Virus record (IMG/VR): IMGVR_UViG_3300049021_000015
Coordinates: 1-27,337 of that record
Length of the DNA: 27,337 bases
Direction: 5' to 3' (one strand)
Origin: a virus
Taxonomy: Duplodnaviria; Caudoviricetes
This document shows positions 16,895 through 24,760 of the stretch, piece after piece (position 1 is the stretch's first letter; every line of letters begins with the position of its first letter). Made by a program: the position numbers and the translations under genes. Under the pieces are notes generated by a model. It had not been told where the DNA came from. It was given only the letters and a program-made list of their open reading frames with translations, and searched no databases.

Positions 16895-18216
16895 CAGCAC
16901 GGGTCTCCCGGACGTCGTCGGACCCGTGCCACCAGGTCCAGCTTGGCGACCATGTACCGCATGGCATCGCAGCCGTGGTCGTTGATCTTCAGCGGCGCCT
17001 CCTTGGGCGCCTTCGTCCCGGTGTTGTCCCAGACGTAGTCGGCGATCTCCTCGACCGTCGAGGTCGGCTTGCCCGCCGCCTTCAGCGACTCGTCCACGTG
17101 CATCACGGAGTCCGCGAAGAAGAAGATGCGGGGCTTGCCGTCGGCCTGCACCTCGAACCGCCTCTGCGTCGCCTGGAGGCCCCGCGAGACGTCCTTCTTG
17201 GCCTTGCCCACGGGCAGGCCCAGGTGCTTGACCAGGGTCGCCCGGTCCTCGGCGTCGTGGTCCGCGATGATGACCGGCTTCGGCTCCCGCTTGTACTTCT
17301 CCATCTGGTTCAAGATCCGGCGGGCGTGGTCCTCGACCAGGGTCTTGGAGTGGTAGATCTCCCGCGTCAGGTACAGGCGGCCGTCGTGGTCGACCCGCCA
17401 CCACTGGGCGACGAAGGGGTTCACGAACCCGAAGTCGATGGTGATGTACAGCGGCCAGTCGTCCGGCACCCTGAACTTGGGGATGACGTGGACCGACGGG
17501 TCGAACTCCTCGAAGATCTGGCCCTCGGCGGCCACCCACTTACCCCAGCGCATGCGCGCGTGGCGGGCGCCCTTCAGGCTGCGGTCCAGACCGTCGATGT
17601 AGTTCCGGCCGACCTCGGTCCAGTCCTTGCCGTCGTGGTAGCCGGGATTGTCCTCGTGCTTGGAGTAGAGCAGCTTGCAGCGGCCCTCGTCCGCGCGGCG
17701 CTTGAGGTGGTGCGAGGGGGCACCGGGGTTCGTGGCCATGAGCAGGCGGGGCTTCTTCAGCACGCCGTTGCGCAGGCGGGTGACCAGGTAGTCGAGGTCT
17801 TCCTCGGTGGACTCGATGGCCTCGTCGAAGAAGATCAGGTCGAACTCGGTCGACAGGATCTTGCTGGCCTTGTCGATACCGCTGACCAGGATGGTCGAGC
17901 CGTTGCCGTACTTGAACGCGGGCGGCTCCTGGGACGAGCCGCCATAGAACCAGACGATGCCGCTGGCCAGAGCCTCGGCGGCGACCTTCTCCCGGAAGCT
18001 GGTCAGCGTCGACGAGGTCAGGCTCGCGTGCGTCTTGCGGACGATCAGCGCCCGGAGCTTCGGGTACTTCATGCACAGCAGGTGCATGTACGACAGGACC
18101 GCGATGGTCTTGCCCGTGCCTGCTGCCCCCGACAGCAGCACCTCGGGGTAGTCCGACTCGAACAGCTCCTTGGCCGCACCACGCGGCTCGACGCGGACCG
18201 TCGTTGCCGTGCTCAT
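16894..18216 (-). CDS. terL: Terminase large subunit (PBSX-like)
   Basis: Walker A GAAGTGKT, Walker B IFFDEA, ATNP, nuclease IDFG and NDHGCDAMRY. Confidence 0.95.
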   Translation of the reverse strand: MSTATTVRVEPRGAAKELFESDYPEVLLSGAAGTGKTIAVLSYMHLLCMKYPKLRALIVRKTHASLTSSTLTSFREKVAAEALASGIVWFYGGSSQEPPAFKYGNGSTILVSGIDKASKILSTEFDLIFFDEAIESTEEDLDYLVTRLRNGVLKKPRLLMATNPGAPSHHLKRRADEGRCKLLYSKHEDNPGYHDGKDWTEVGRNYIDGLDRSLKGARHARMRWGKWVAAEGQIFEEFDPSVHVIPKFRVPDDWPLYITIDFGFVNPFVAQWWRVDHDGRLYLTREIYHSKTLVEDHARRILNQMEKYKREPKPVIIADHDAEDRATLVKHLGLPVGKAKKDVSRGLQATQRRFEVQADGKPRIFFFADSVMHVDESLKAAGKPTSTVEEIADYVWDNTGTKAPKEAPLKINDHGCDAMRYMVAKLDLVARVRRRPGDPC

Positions 18217-18217
18217 G

Positions 18218-18739
18218 TCAACCCAGGTCGGGGAGTTCGACGCCGACGACCTCGTACTTCACGGTGCCGGTCTGCTCAACCTTCGTCGGCTGGTCCAGAC
18301 CCTCCAGCTTCCGGTACGACTCTGCGATCGAGCGCATCTCCTTGTACGCCGCGAGCACCGGCATCGGGTCCTCCAGTGGTTGCCCGGTCTCCGGGTGCGC
18401 GACGACCTTGCCGTGCGCGGTGACGTAGTGGGTCTTGGAGGCGACCTCTTCGGCCTTGCGGTACAGCTTGTCCAGCCGCTCCCGCTCGAACTCGCGGGCC
18501 ACGTCCGTGGCGTCGGCACGTGCCGCCTTGTATGCGCGCTGGACGCGGGCGTGCGCCGCCGACTGCGAGCAGCCCATGCGCTCGCCGATCTCGCGGTAGC
18601 TCAGCCGCTTGCCGCGCAGCCTGGCCGCCTCGATGTCGAGGGCTGCCTGATCGGGGTGCTTCTTGGTGCCCTCGATCTCCTCGCCCTCGCGCAGCAGCCC
18701 GAGCCGGGCCAGCGGTTCCTCCGCCTGCTCGATGGTCAT
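18218..18739 (-). CDS. terS: Terminase small subunit (HTH)
   Basis: Start reassigned to ATG 18739 with GGAGG; HTH LSYREIGERMGCSQSAAHARV; C-terminal KLEGLDQP; abuts terL. Confidence 0.8.
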   Translation of the reverse strand: MTIEQAEEPLARLGLLREGEEIEGTKKHPDQAALDIEAARLRGKRLSYREIGERMGCSQSAAHARVQRAYKAARADATDVAREFERERLDKLYRKAEEVASKTHYVTAHGKVVAHPETGQPLEDPMPVLAAYKEMRSIAESYRKLEGLDQPTKVEQTGTVKYEVVGVELPDLG

Positions 18740-18753
18740 GCCGCCTCCTGGAG

Positions 18754-18778
18754 CTTGACGTGTACTCGTCAAGAGTAC
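18754..18778 (-). promoter_or_regulatory. Candidate late promoter/activator motif, copy 1, containing palindrome CTTGACG-N6-CGTCAAG
   Basis: GTACTCTTGACGAGTACACGTCAAG just upstream of the terS RBS. Confidence 0.55.
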
Positions 18779-18821
18779 CCAGGATTGTTCCGGACGGAAA
18801 CAAACGGTAGGGACCGAACGC

Positions 18822-18850
18822 AAAAGAGCCCCGGCCGAAGCCAGGGCTCT
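18822..18850 (-). terminator. Intrinsic terminator separating early/middle from late genes
   Basis: Minus strand AGAGCCCTGGC-TTCG-GCCGGGGCTCT-TTT. Confidence 0.8.
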
Positions 18851-18865
18851 CTGTCTCACAGGGTC

Positions 18866-19171
18866 TCAGAGTGACGACCGGGTCTTTCGCTCACCGTCGC
18901 CCTGCATGAAGGTCCGGGCGAACTCCCACGCGGTCTCGTTCTGGGGGACCTTCAGCTCCACCCTGCTCGGAAGCTCGATGGGGAGGTCCGGACGCCATGA
19001 CGCCCAGTGCTCGTCGTTGCTGGAGTACGCGTCGCAGGACGGACACCACGTCCCGAGCACCACGGGTGACCCATCGGCGAACACCATGTACACGCGGATC
19101 GTAAGCCCGCAGGTGGTGCACCAGGGCCGGGCTCCCGACCTCCACGCCAGCTGAGTCGGTCGTCGATTCAT
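18866..19171 (-). CDS. Small CxxC-CxxC protein (101 aa)
   Basis: WCTTCG and WCPSCD; TGATG coupling to the upstream gene; followed by a terminator. Confidence 0.7.
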   Translation of the reverse strand: MNRRPTQLAWRSGARPWCTTCGLTIRVYMVFADGSPVVLGTWCPSCDAYSSNDEHWASWRPDLPIELPSRVELKVPQNETAWEFARTFMQGDGERKTRSSL

Positions 19172-19881
19172 CAGTTCTCCTGCGTCTTCTGGAGGGTCTC
19201 GGCGTTCTCCTGGAGGCGCTCCTTGGCGATCTCCAGCGCCCGGCGGGCGGTCCAGTCGGACACCCCGTACGTCTTCATCACGGTGGAGCGGCCGGGCAGG
19301 GGCTCCCCGTTGGCGACCAGCTTCTCCACCAGGGTCTCCTGGTCGATCACCAGCCCCTCCAACGCACGCTCCAGCGTCGTCTGGGGCTCCTCCTGGAGGG
19401 GCGGCTCGAAGGCTGGAGGCGGCGGTGCGGGCAGCTCCTGCATCTGGTCGTACACCGGCGTGACCTGCGGCTGGAGGGCCTCCAGCTCCCCCTCCACGGG
19501 GGCTGGAGAGACCTGGAGGGGAGCCTCCTCGACGGCATCAGGGCGGTGACCCCACAGCAGGCCGTGCACCCGCCACAGGATGAGCGGCGCCACGCTGGAG
19601 ACCCCGATCACCACCCACGCCGTCATCTCCAGGAACTCGCTGGAGAGGAGGTGGGAGGTCGCCACCATCACCAGGAGGACACCCACCGCGAGGGCGGTGT
19701 CCCGTCGCTCCCGCAGAGCCACGAGCACGTACGCATCCAGCGCCGCCGGGAGGCACCAGGCCATCCCTCCAAAGCCGCACGCCACCGCCAGGTCGTACTC
19801 CGCCGACGCGGTGGAGGCGGCGCACACCAGATAGACGATGGTTCCGATGGTCTTGTTGGCCGCTACACTTCGTACTTGCAT
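19171..19881 (-). CDS. Multi-pass membrane protein with C-terminal HTH-like tail (SpdA/DUF2637-like)
   Basis: Start reassigned to ATG 19881 (GAAAGGG RBS); about four TM segments (TASAEYDLA...LPAALDAY...APLILWRVH), Pro/Glu linker, GRSTVMKTYGVSDWTARR. Confidence 0.65.
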   Translation of the reverse strand: MQVRSVAANKTIGTIVYLVCAASTASAEYDLAVACGFGGMAWCLPAALDAYVLVALRERRDTALAVGVLLVMVATSHLLSSEFLEMTAWVVIGVSSVAPLILWRVHGLLWGHRPDAVEEAPLQVSPAPVEGELEALQPQVTPVYDQMQELPAPPPPAFEPPLQEEPQTTLERALEGLVIDQETLVEKLVANGEPLPGRSTVMKTYGVSDWTARRALEIAKERLQENAETLQKTQEN

Positions 19882-19950
19882 GGGTTCCCTTTCGAGGGGA
19901 TCTACCGGCCCGGACCCCGATGCGGGGGTCCGGGCCACTTTCATATCAGG

Positions 19951-20088
19951 TCACTGGTGCGGGCAGTCGGATACCCACCAGCCGCACTGCCCGCAGTAGG
20001 TCGCCGGGCCGTACGAGGGGCCGTGCGGGCATGAGGTGCGGAACCAGCCCCCGCAGGCCACGCAGAAGTAGTTCAGGAGCTTCTTCAC
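19951..20088 (-). CDS. 45-aa microprotein with two CxxC...CPH repeats; not in ORF track
   Basis: GGAGG RBS, GTG overlapping the upstream stop: MKKLLNYFCVACGGWFRTSCPHGPSYGPATYCGQCGWWVSDCPHQ. Confidence 0.75.
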   Translation of the reverse strand: MKKLLNYFCVACGGWFRTSCPHGPSYGPATYCGQCGWWVSDCPHQ

Positions 20089-20525
20089 GACGCCTCCTTC
20101 TGCGGGGCCTTGTCGAGCCACACCAGGTGCGTCCTGGCCGGATCACGCGGGTCACGCACCTTCAGCACACGGGCCTTACCGATGCGCCCCTTCTCGATCT
20201 CAAGCTCCTGACCAGCCTCTTCGTCTTCGAGGGGAGGGGCCTCGGTGGGGGAGGGGAGGGCTTGGTCCGTACCAACCTCGACGTCGGCGAAGACGCCCAC
20301 CGCAACGAACCAGCCAGCCGGGAGGACGTACGGCAGGGCGCCCAGCGCCCACAGCGTGCCGCCCCCGAACCATAGGACGGCCACCGTCCCCGCCGCCCGC
20401 GTGGCGACCAGACCGGCCCGCTTGCCGCCGGTCTCCGCCTTCGCCGCCTGGTACCACCACAGACGCCAGGCCGTGTTCGCCGTCCCCGACCACATCACGC
20501 GGCCCATCACACGGAAGCCGTTCAC
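20085..20525 (-). CDS. Membrane protein (146 aa)
   Basis: Start reassigned to GTG 20525 (GTGA overlap); two hydrophobic segments and a charged C-terminus. Confidence 0.7.
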   Translation of the reverse strand: MNGFRVMGRVMWSGTANTAWRLWWYQAAKAETGGKRAGLVATRAAGTVAVLWFGGGTLWALGALPYVLPAGWFVAVGVFADVEVGTDQALPSPTEAPPLEDEEAGQELEIEKGRIGKARVLKVRDPRDPARTHLVWLDKAPQKEAS

Positions 20526-21025
20526 GCGAACACCCCCGTGAAGACGACGCCCATGCCGTTCACGGCGGAGGCGAGCGGGATGGCGGCGGCACCGGCGATC
20601 GATCCCGACAGGCCCAGCCCGCACCCGGCGATGAAGCCGCCGAGCACCTTCCACTTCGAGATCTTCGAGAACTTGAACAGGGCCACCAGGACCACCGTCA
20701 ACAGGAACAGGATCACGTACCCGCCAGGGGTGAGCACGATCTGCTGGGCCCGCGTCACGTCCTGGTTCGAGCCTCCGACGCCCCACACCAGGCCGATGTA
20801 CCCGGCCAGGTTGTTCACCCACAGGGCGCCCCAGGAGACCGCCCCCAGGCCCGACCAGGCGCCCGCCGTGCCGAGGATCGCGAGGATCCCGTACGCGATC
20901 GAGAGGCAGAAGGAGATGATCTTCTTGGGCTTGTGGCCCTCCTTGATCCACCAGTGCATGGCGAACCAGATGATGATGCCGGTCGCGGCTGCGATCCCCG
21001 CAAGGGATACAGTCGTGTAGTTCAT
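20522..21025 (-). CDS. Multi-pass membrane protein (167 aa)
   Basis: Start reassigned to ATG 21025 (MNYTTVSLAG); four to five Gly-rich hydrophobic segments. Confidence 0.75.
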   Translation of the reverse strand: MNYTTVSLAGIAAATGIIIWFAMHWWIKEGHKPKKIISFCLSIAYGILAILGTAGAWSGLGAVSWGALWVNNLAGYIGLVWGVGGSNQDVTRAQQIVLTPGGYVILFLLTVVLVALFKFSKISKWKVLGGFIAGCGLGLSGSIAGAAAIPLASAVNGMGVVFTGVFA

Positions 21026-21046
21026 GGAGCTACCTCTCCGTGGACA

Positions 21047-21078
21047 GGCCCCCGCTCGCCGGAATCGAGTCGGGGGCC
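21047..21078. terminator. Intergenic stem-loop
   Basis: GGCCCCCG-CTCG...CGAG-T-CGGGGGCC; no U-tract. Confidence 0.45.
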
Positions 21079-21090
21079 GCCTTGTGATGG

Positions 21091-21408
21091 TCAGCTGAGC
21101 AGCAGCCTGTAGGTGAAGGCCACGTCGTACATCTTGTGGACCGGGCCGTCCAGGTCTTCGCCCTTGTCGAACGCCCTGGCGATGGCGATCCAGGTCTCCA
21201 TCAGCCGTTCCAGCGCGTGCTCGTGGGCGTGGTGGGCCATCGTCATGTAGAACGCCCCGGCCGCCGGGAGCAGAGCGCAGTCCGCGTGGCCGTCCAGCGG
21301 GCACGAGCGGTGCTTCCGCACCTCACGCAGCAGGACCGCCTCGGCGTCGATACGGTTCGTGCCCGGCGTCATCGAGCGGATGACCCGGTCGAAGCTCTCA
21401 GGCCGCAT
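21091..21408 (-). CDS. Hypothetical protein (105 aa)
   Basis: GGGAG RBS, operon packing, high GC3. Confidence 0.65.
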   Translation of the reverse strand: MRPESFDRVIRSMTPGTNRIDAEAVLLREVRKHRSCPLDGHADCALLPAAGAFYMTMAHHAHEHALERLMETWIAIARAFDKGEDLDGPVHKMYDVAFTYRLLLS

Positions 21409-21637
21409 CTCCCACCTCGCAGTAGATGCAGCCCGGCGTCGGGTCGATGGTGGGCAGGTGGCGGACGACGTGCTCGACGCGCTGCTCGACCTTCTTCAGG
21501 CCCGTGGTCAGGCGCCGGTCCAGCTCCTCTATGGCGCGGGCGGTCTGGGAGTCCCCGACGAAGACGTTCTCCTCGCCGTCACGGTCTCCGTACATGGTGA
21601 ACTCGGTGATGCGGTCCGGGTTCTCGTTGCGGTGCAT
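21398..21637 (-). CDS. Hypothetical protein (79 aa)
   Basis: Start reassigned to ATG 21637 (AAGGGG RBS); C-terminal H...GCIYC. Confidence 0.65.
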   Translation of the reverse strand: MHRNENPDRITEFTMYGDRDGEENVFVGDSQTARAIEELDRRLTTGLKKVEQRVEHVVRHLPTIDPTPGCIYCEVGDAA

Positions 21638-21653
21638 GGGTTCCCCTTCTGGG

Positions 21654-22295
21654 TTATGCGGCGTTCTTGCCGATCTGCCGTTCGGCTTCCAGCACGTCGT
21701 CCTGGAAGCGGCGCAGAATCTCCGAACAGGCCATGTACTCCTCGGCACATGCCTGCGTCTGGCAGTCGTCCCACAGGTCGTTCAGGTGCAGGACGATCTG
21801 GTCCGGCAGGGACGTGATGACGTCCTTGACGTGCTCCTTCAGGCGGGCCTCTCCGTACGCCTCGGTGTAGCTGGCGACGTGCTGCGCGCAGTGCGTGCGC
21901 AGGGCGGCCATCACCTTCACGTACACCTTGGGGCGCGAGGTGTCGAACAGCGGGGCGTCCTGACGGGAGCCGTTGACCGACTCGTGCAGGACCGCCATGT
22001 TGAACAGCTCGCCGCCCATCTCCCGCGCCCGCAGGGACGGGGTGAGGTCCAGGAACGGCTTCTTGTGGCCACGGCGCATGGCCGCCCGCTGCTTCTCGCG
22101 GACCTCCAGGGCGGCCGTCAGGTGCTCGACCAGGTCCTCGGCGGCCTGGCGGGTCATCCGGGCGGTGCCGTAGGGCTGGCCCTCGGGGTCGCGCAGGCGG
22201 ACGACGACGGTCTCGCCACGGTCGGCGGTCCACACGTCCTGGCAGTTGTCGAAGTAACGGCCGTTGCCCCAGTGCTGCTGTATCAGGGAGATCAC
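21654..22295 (-). CDS. Hypothetical protein (213 aa)
   Basis: Start reassigned to GTG 22295 (GGAGG RBS, GTGA overlap). Confidence 0.7.
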   Translation of the reverse strand: MISLIQQHWGNGRYFDNCQDVWTADRGETVVVRLRDPEGQPYGTARMTRQAAEDLVEHLTAALEVREKQRAAMRRGHKKPFLDLTPSLRAREMGGELFNMAVLHESVNGSRQDAPLFDTSRPKVYVKVMAALRTHCAQHVASYTEAYGEARLKEHVKDVITSLPDQIVLHLNDLWDDCQTQACAEEYMACSEILRRFQDDVLEAERQIGKNAA

Positions 22296-22687
22296 GACGC
22301 CTCCTGGAATCGCTTGGCCACTTCCACGTGGTGGTCGGACACGGCGGCACGGACCCAGCGGTAGCGCTCGGGCTCCGGCATCACCAGACGGGCCTTGAAG
22401 CCACGCGGGTTCTCCGGGCTCAGGGTGTGTCCGGGGTAGTCGTTGAGCGTCTCGTCGGCCATGAGTTCGTCGTACGACGCCTCCTGGTAGCTGCCAACCT
22501 CGATGTCGTGCCGCTGGCTGTAGAGCGCCCCCGGCTTGAAGTCGCTCGCGCGCAGCGACCAAGTGCTGATCGAGATGGTCGTGCAGAGGTCGATCTCCTC
22601 CGTCACAAGACCAGCGAAGCGGCCCTCGATCACGGTCGTCCGCTTGATGTACCCGTCCTGCTCGACTATGTCGTCACTAATGTTCAC
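22292..22687 (-). CDS. Hypothetical protein (131 aa)
   Basis: Start reassigned to GTG 22687 (GGAGG RBS, GTGA overlap). Confidence 0.7.
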   Translation of the reverse strand: MNISDDIVEQDGYIKRTTVIEGRFAGLVTEEIDLCTTISISTWSLRASDFKPGALYSQRHDIEVGSYQEASYDELMADETLNDYPGHTLSPENPRGFKARLVMPEPERYRWVRAAVSDHHVEVAKRFQEAS

Positions 22688-22953
22688 GACGCCTCCTCGG
22701 GGTGCGTGTTCGAGTAGCTGTTCGCCTCGAAGGTGGTGCGCTCGCCGCAGAGACGGTCGAGGGCCTGAGACTGAGTGGTGTACGGCGTCATGCCGCAGGC
22801 TTCGATGGAGTCGCGGACGGCCTGGTGACACTCGGAGCAGACGAGGACGTCCACGGTCAGGGAGCCGTGGGCGCGGCCGTTGCGGGGGCTGTAACCCTCC
22901 ACGGCCATCCGCGCCTTGTTCAGGCAGATGCCGACGCGGTCGAAGGTGATCAC
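22684..22953 (-). CDS. Hypothetical protein (89 aa, CSECH motif)
   Basis: Start reassigned to GTG 22953 (GGAGG RBS, GTGA overlap). Confidence 0.65.
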   Translation of the reverse strand: MITFDRVGICLNKARMAVEGYSPRNGRAHGSLTVDVLVCSECHQAVRDSIEACGMTPYTTQSQALDRLCGERTTFEANSYSNTHPEEAS

Positions 22954-23195
22954 TTCGCCTCCTTCCTCGTAAAGCAGATGAATGTGCCGTCGTCGGCCAG
23001 CTGCGTCTGGAGCGTGAAGCCGTGTCGGCGGGCGTGGTTGCGTGCCACCGACTGGAAGACCCGCGTCGTGGTCTGGTAGTCGGAGCCCTGCTTGAGGTGC
23101 CACCACTCGCCGTCGGTCCAGTCGTTCCATGGGTAGACACCCCTGGCCCCAGGCTTGGGCTTAGTGACCCGCGTGGGGTCGGCGTGTTGTGCCAT
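22950..23195 (-). CDS. Small basic protein, first gene of the early operon (candidate regulator)
   Basis: 81 aa, YPWNDWTDGEWWHL; leaderless promoter directly upstream. Confidence 0.7.
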   Translation of the reverse strand: MAQHADPTRVTKPKPGARGVYPWNDWTDGEWWHLKQGSDYQTTTRVFQSVARNHARRHGFTLQTQLADDGTFICFTRKEAK

Positions 23196-23201
23196 GGGGA
23201 T

Positions 23202-23230
23202 AGCGTATCAACTGGCGTGTCGATTGGCAA
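23202..23230 (-). promoter_or_regulatory. Leaderless promoter of the early operon
   Basis: TTGCCA (23230-23225), 17 nt, TACGCT (23207-23202), 6 nt, ATG; no RBS. Confidence 0.65.
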
Positions 23231-23304
23231 GTCAGGTTCGGGAATCGAGTGTGGGTCGTGTCTGAACCCCTATGTCCGCCAGCCGATTTGAAAAATTTCG
23301 TAAC

Positions 23305-23335
23305 AAAAGGGGTGGGGCCCTTGCGCCCCACCCCT
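23305..23335 (-). terminator. Intrinsic terminator after the recombinase
   Basis: Minus strand AGGGGTGGGGC-N6-GCCCCACCCCT-TTTGTT. Confidence 0.8.
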
Positions 23336-23371
23336 GATCTCAGTCAGTAATCTTCGTGACGATCTGTCATG

Positions 23372-24349
23372 TCATGACAACTCTTCCAACTTCTCTGCGA
23401 TCGAAGCACCGACCGTGTAGGCAGGGCTGTTGGTCAGCCTGTTACGTGCGCGGTCATAGCGTCGTGTAGTACGAGGATCCTTGTGATCCACCGCGTCCTG
23501 CACCACATGCAGCGCAGCTCCCTTGTCCAGCGCATCCGTGATGAACCCGTGACGCAGCACGTGAGGGTGGATGGTGTCCGCCTGCGGTAGCCCTGCACGC
23601 TTGGCCAGGCGCCTCAGCATCTTCCATGCCTCAGGCTCCCCCATACGGGCCCCTGAGCTGGTGATGAACAGCGGGCCCTCGGTGCGTCCATCGAGGTACT
23701 CATCGATCGCGTGAGACGTGATGGGAGGCAGCGCCTTCTTCGAGGTGCCCCCACCCTTGAGGCGCACCGTGATCGTCCTGTGCCCCTTGTCGTAGCCCAG
23801 GCTGTCCACATCGGCGCCCAGTGCCCCATCGATGCGCAGGCCCACGGTGTAGAGCAGCATGCACAGGGCGTAGCTGCGACGGCTGCTCTTGTGGGCCGTG
23901 ACCAGCAGCAGGGCCATCTCGTCCTCGGTGAGGCCCTCGGTGTCCGAGTGGTCCACGTCCACGGTGGGGCGCTCGACGCCGTCGAAGGGGTTGTAGTCCA
24001 CGACGCGCAGGCGCTTGGCGTACTTGTAGAAGCTGGAGGCCACAGAGAGGTACTGGGCGCCCGAGGTGTTCTTCCCGCCGTCCAGGGAGCGTCCGTACGC
24101 CTCGGCGTGCGGGTAACCCGCCTGCATGGGGTGAACGTCCACCGAGCGGCAGAACGCCTCCCAGCGCTTGAAGCCCCGGACGTACGACTTACGGGTGTTG
24201 GCCGACTTCTTCGACGTGATCCACATCGAGACGAGACGCGGCAGGTCGTCGCTGTACGTCTGTTCGAGTTCGCGCCGGGCGCGCTCGGACTCGACCGGCT
24301 CGACGGCCGTCGTTTCGGTACCCGCGTAGGGCTCAAGTGCTGTGCTCAT
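23372..24349 (-). CDS. Tyrosine recombinase, XerC/D-like (SAM-like N-domain plus catalytic domain)
   Basis: GLRIDG (R), LKGG (K), HPHVLRH (HxxR), DHKDPRTTRRYD (H, Y); KSANTRKSY N-domain; start reassigned to ATG 24349. Confidence 0.92.
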   Translation of the reverse strand: MSTALEPYAGTETTAVEPVESERARRELEQTYSDDLPRLVSMWITSKKSANTRKSYVRGFKRWEAFCRSVDVHPMQAGYPHAEAYGRSLDGGKNTSGAQYLSVASSFYKYAKRLRVVDYNPFDGVERPTVDVDHSDTEGLTEDEMALLLVTAHKSSRRSYALCMLLYTVGLRIDGALGADVDSLGYDKGHRTITVRLKGGGTSKKALPPITSHAIDEYLDGRTEGPLFITSSGARMGEPEAWKMLRRLAKRAGLPQADTIHPHVLRHGFITDALDKGAALHVVQDAVDHKDPRTTRRYDRARNRLTNSPAYTVGASIAEKLEELS

Positions 24350-24356
24350 ACAGAGA

Positions 24357-24376
24357 AGGATAACGGACATTATCCT
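24357..24376. other. dif-like candidate recombination site AGGATAA-CGGACA-TTATCCT
   Basis: Perfect 7-bp inverted arms around an asymmetric 6-bp spacer with an ATAA-N6-TTAT core. Confidence 0.6.
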
Positions 24377-24386
24377 GCCGTGTCAA
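24357..24386 (-). promoter_or_regulatory. Leaderless promoter of the recombinase
   Basis: TTGACA (24386-24381), 18 nt, TATCCT (24362-24357), 7 nt, ATG. Confidence 0.65.
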
Positions 24387-24513
24387 GTAGACATGGGCAC
24401 GTCAAGAATTGAGGCCCGTTCTGATGACCCGTCAGTAACATGACGATGAACCTGACTGCGTGTCAGATGATCATGGCGTGCTCATGTCAAGTGCGGTGCG
24501 TTACCACGCCATG

Positions 24514-24557
24514 ATGACAACGTTGTCAAGCCTGGGCCGTCCCGACAACGTTGTCAT
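24514..24557. repeat. Two copies of palindrome GACAACGTTGTC
   Basis: 24516-24527 and 24544-24555; further copies at 11595-11606 and 14824-14835. Confidence 0.85.
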
Positions 24558-24652
24558 GTTGAAAGTTCAACTATGCGAACTCGACTGCGTGAGGTAATTG
24601 AAGATTCAACTAAACGGACTTCTCCACTCAAGGTGGTTGAAAGTTCAACTAT
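24558..24652. repeat. Three TTGAA-NN-TTCAACTA palindromic repeats at 39-bp period
   Basis: TTGAA starts at 24559, 24598 and 24637; copies 1 and 3 are identical over 17 bp. Confidence 0.85.
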
Positions 24653-24760
24653 TCGGACCTTCGCTGCGCCCGGTTGGAGGATCGTACAAAGATCAGAAAA
24701 GTTTGGGATTCGCTTGACATCTCCTGCGGCTTACGGCGCGCGATTTGTCCTGCCACCCTT

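Noticed and set aside
23372-24370. Calling the recombinase a classical prophage integrase with attL/attR, and using the ORF-track start at 24370
   Set aside because: No host flanks, tRNA or terminal direct repeats were seen; the 24370 ATG lies within the predicted promoter, so 24349 is preferred
24558-24652. Possible mini-CRISPR array
   Set aside because: Repeats are only ~15-17 bp with ~22-24 bp gaps, there are three copies and no cas genes; better explained as operators
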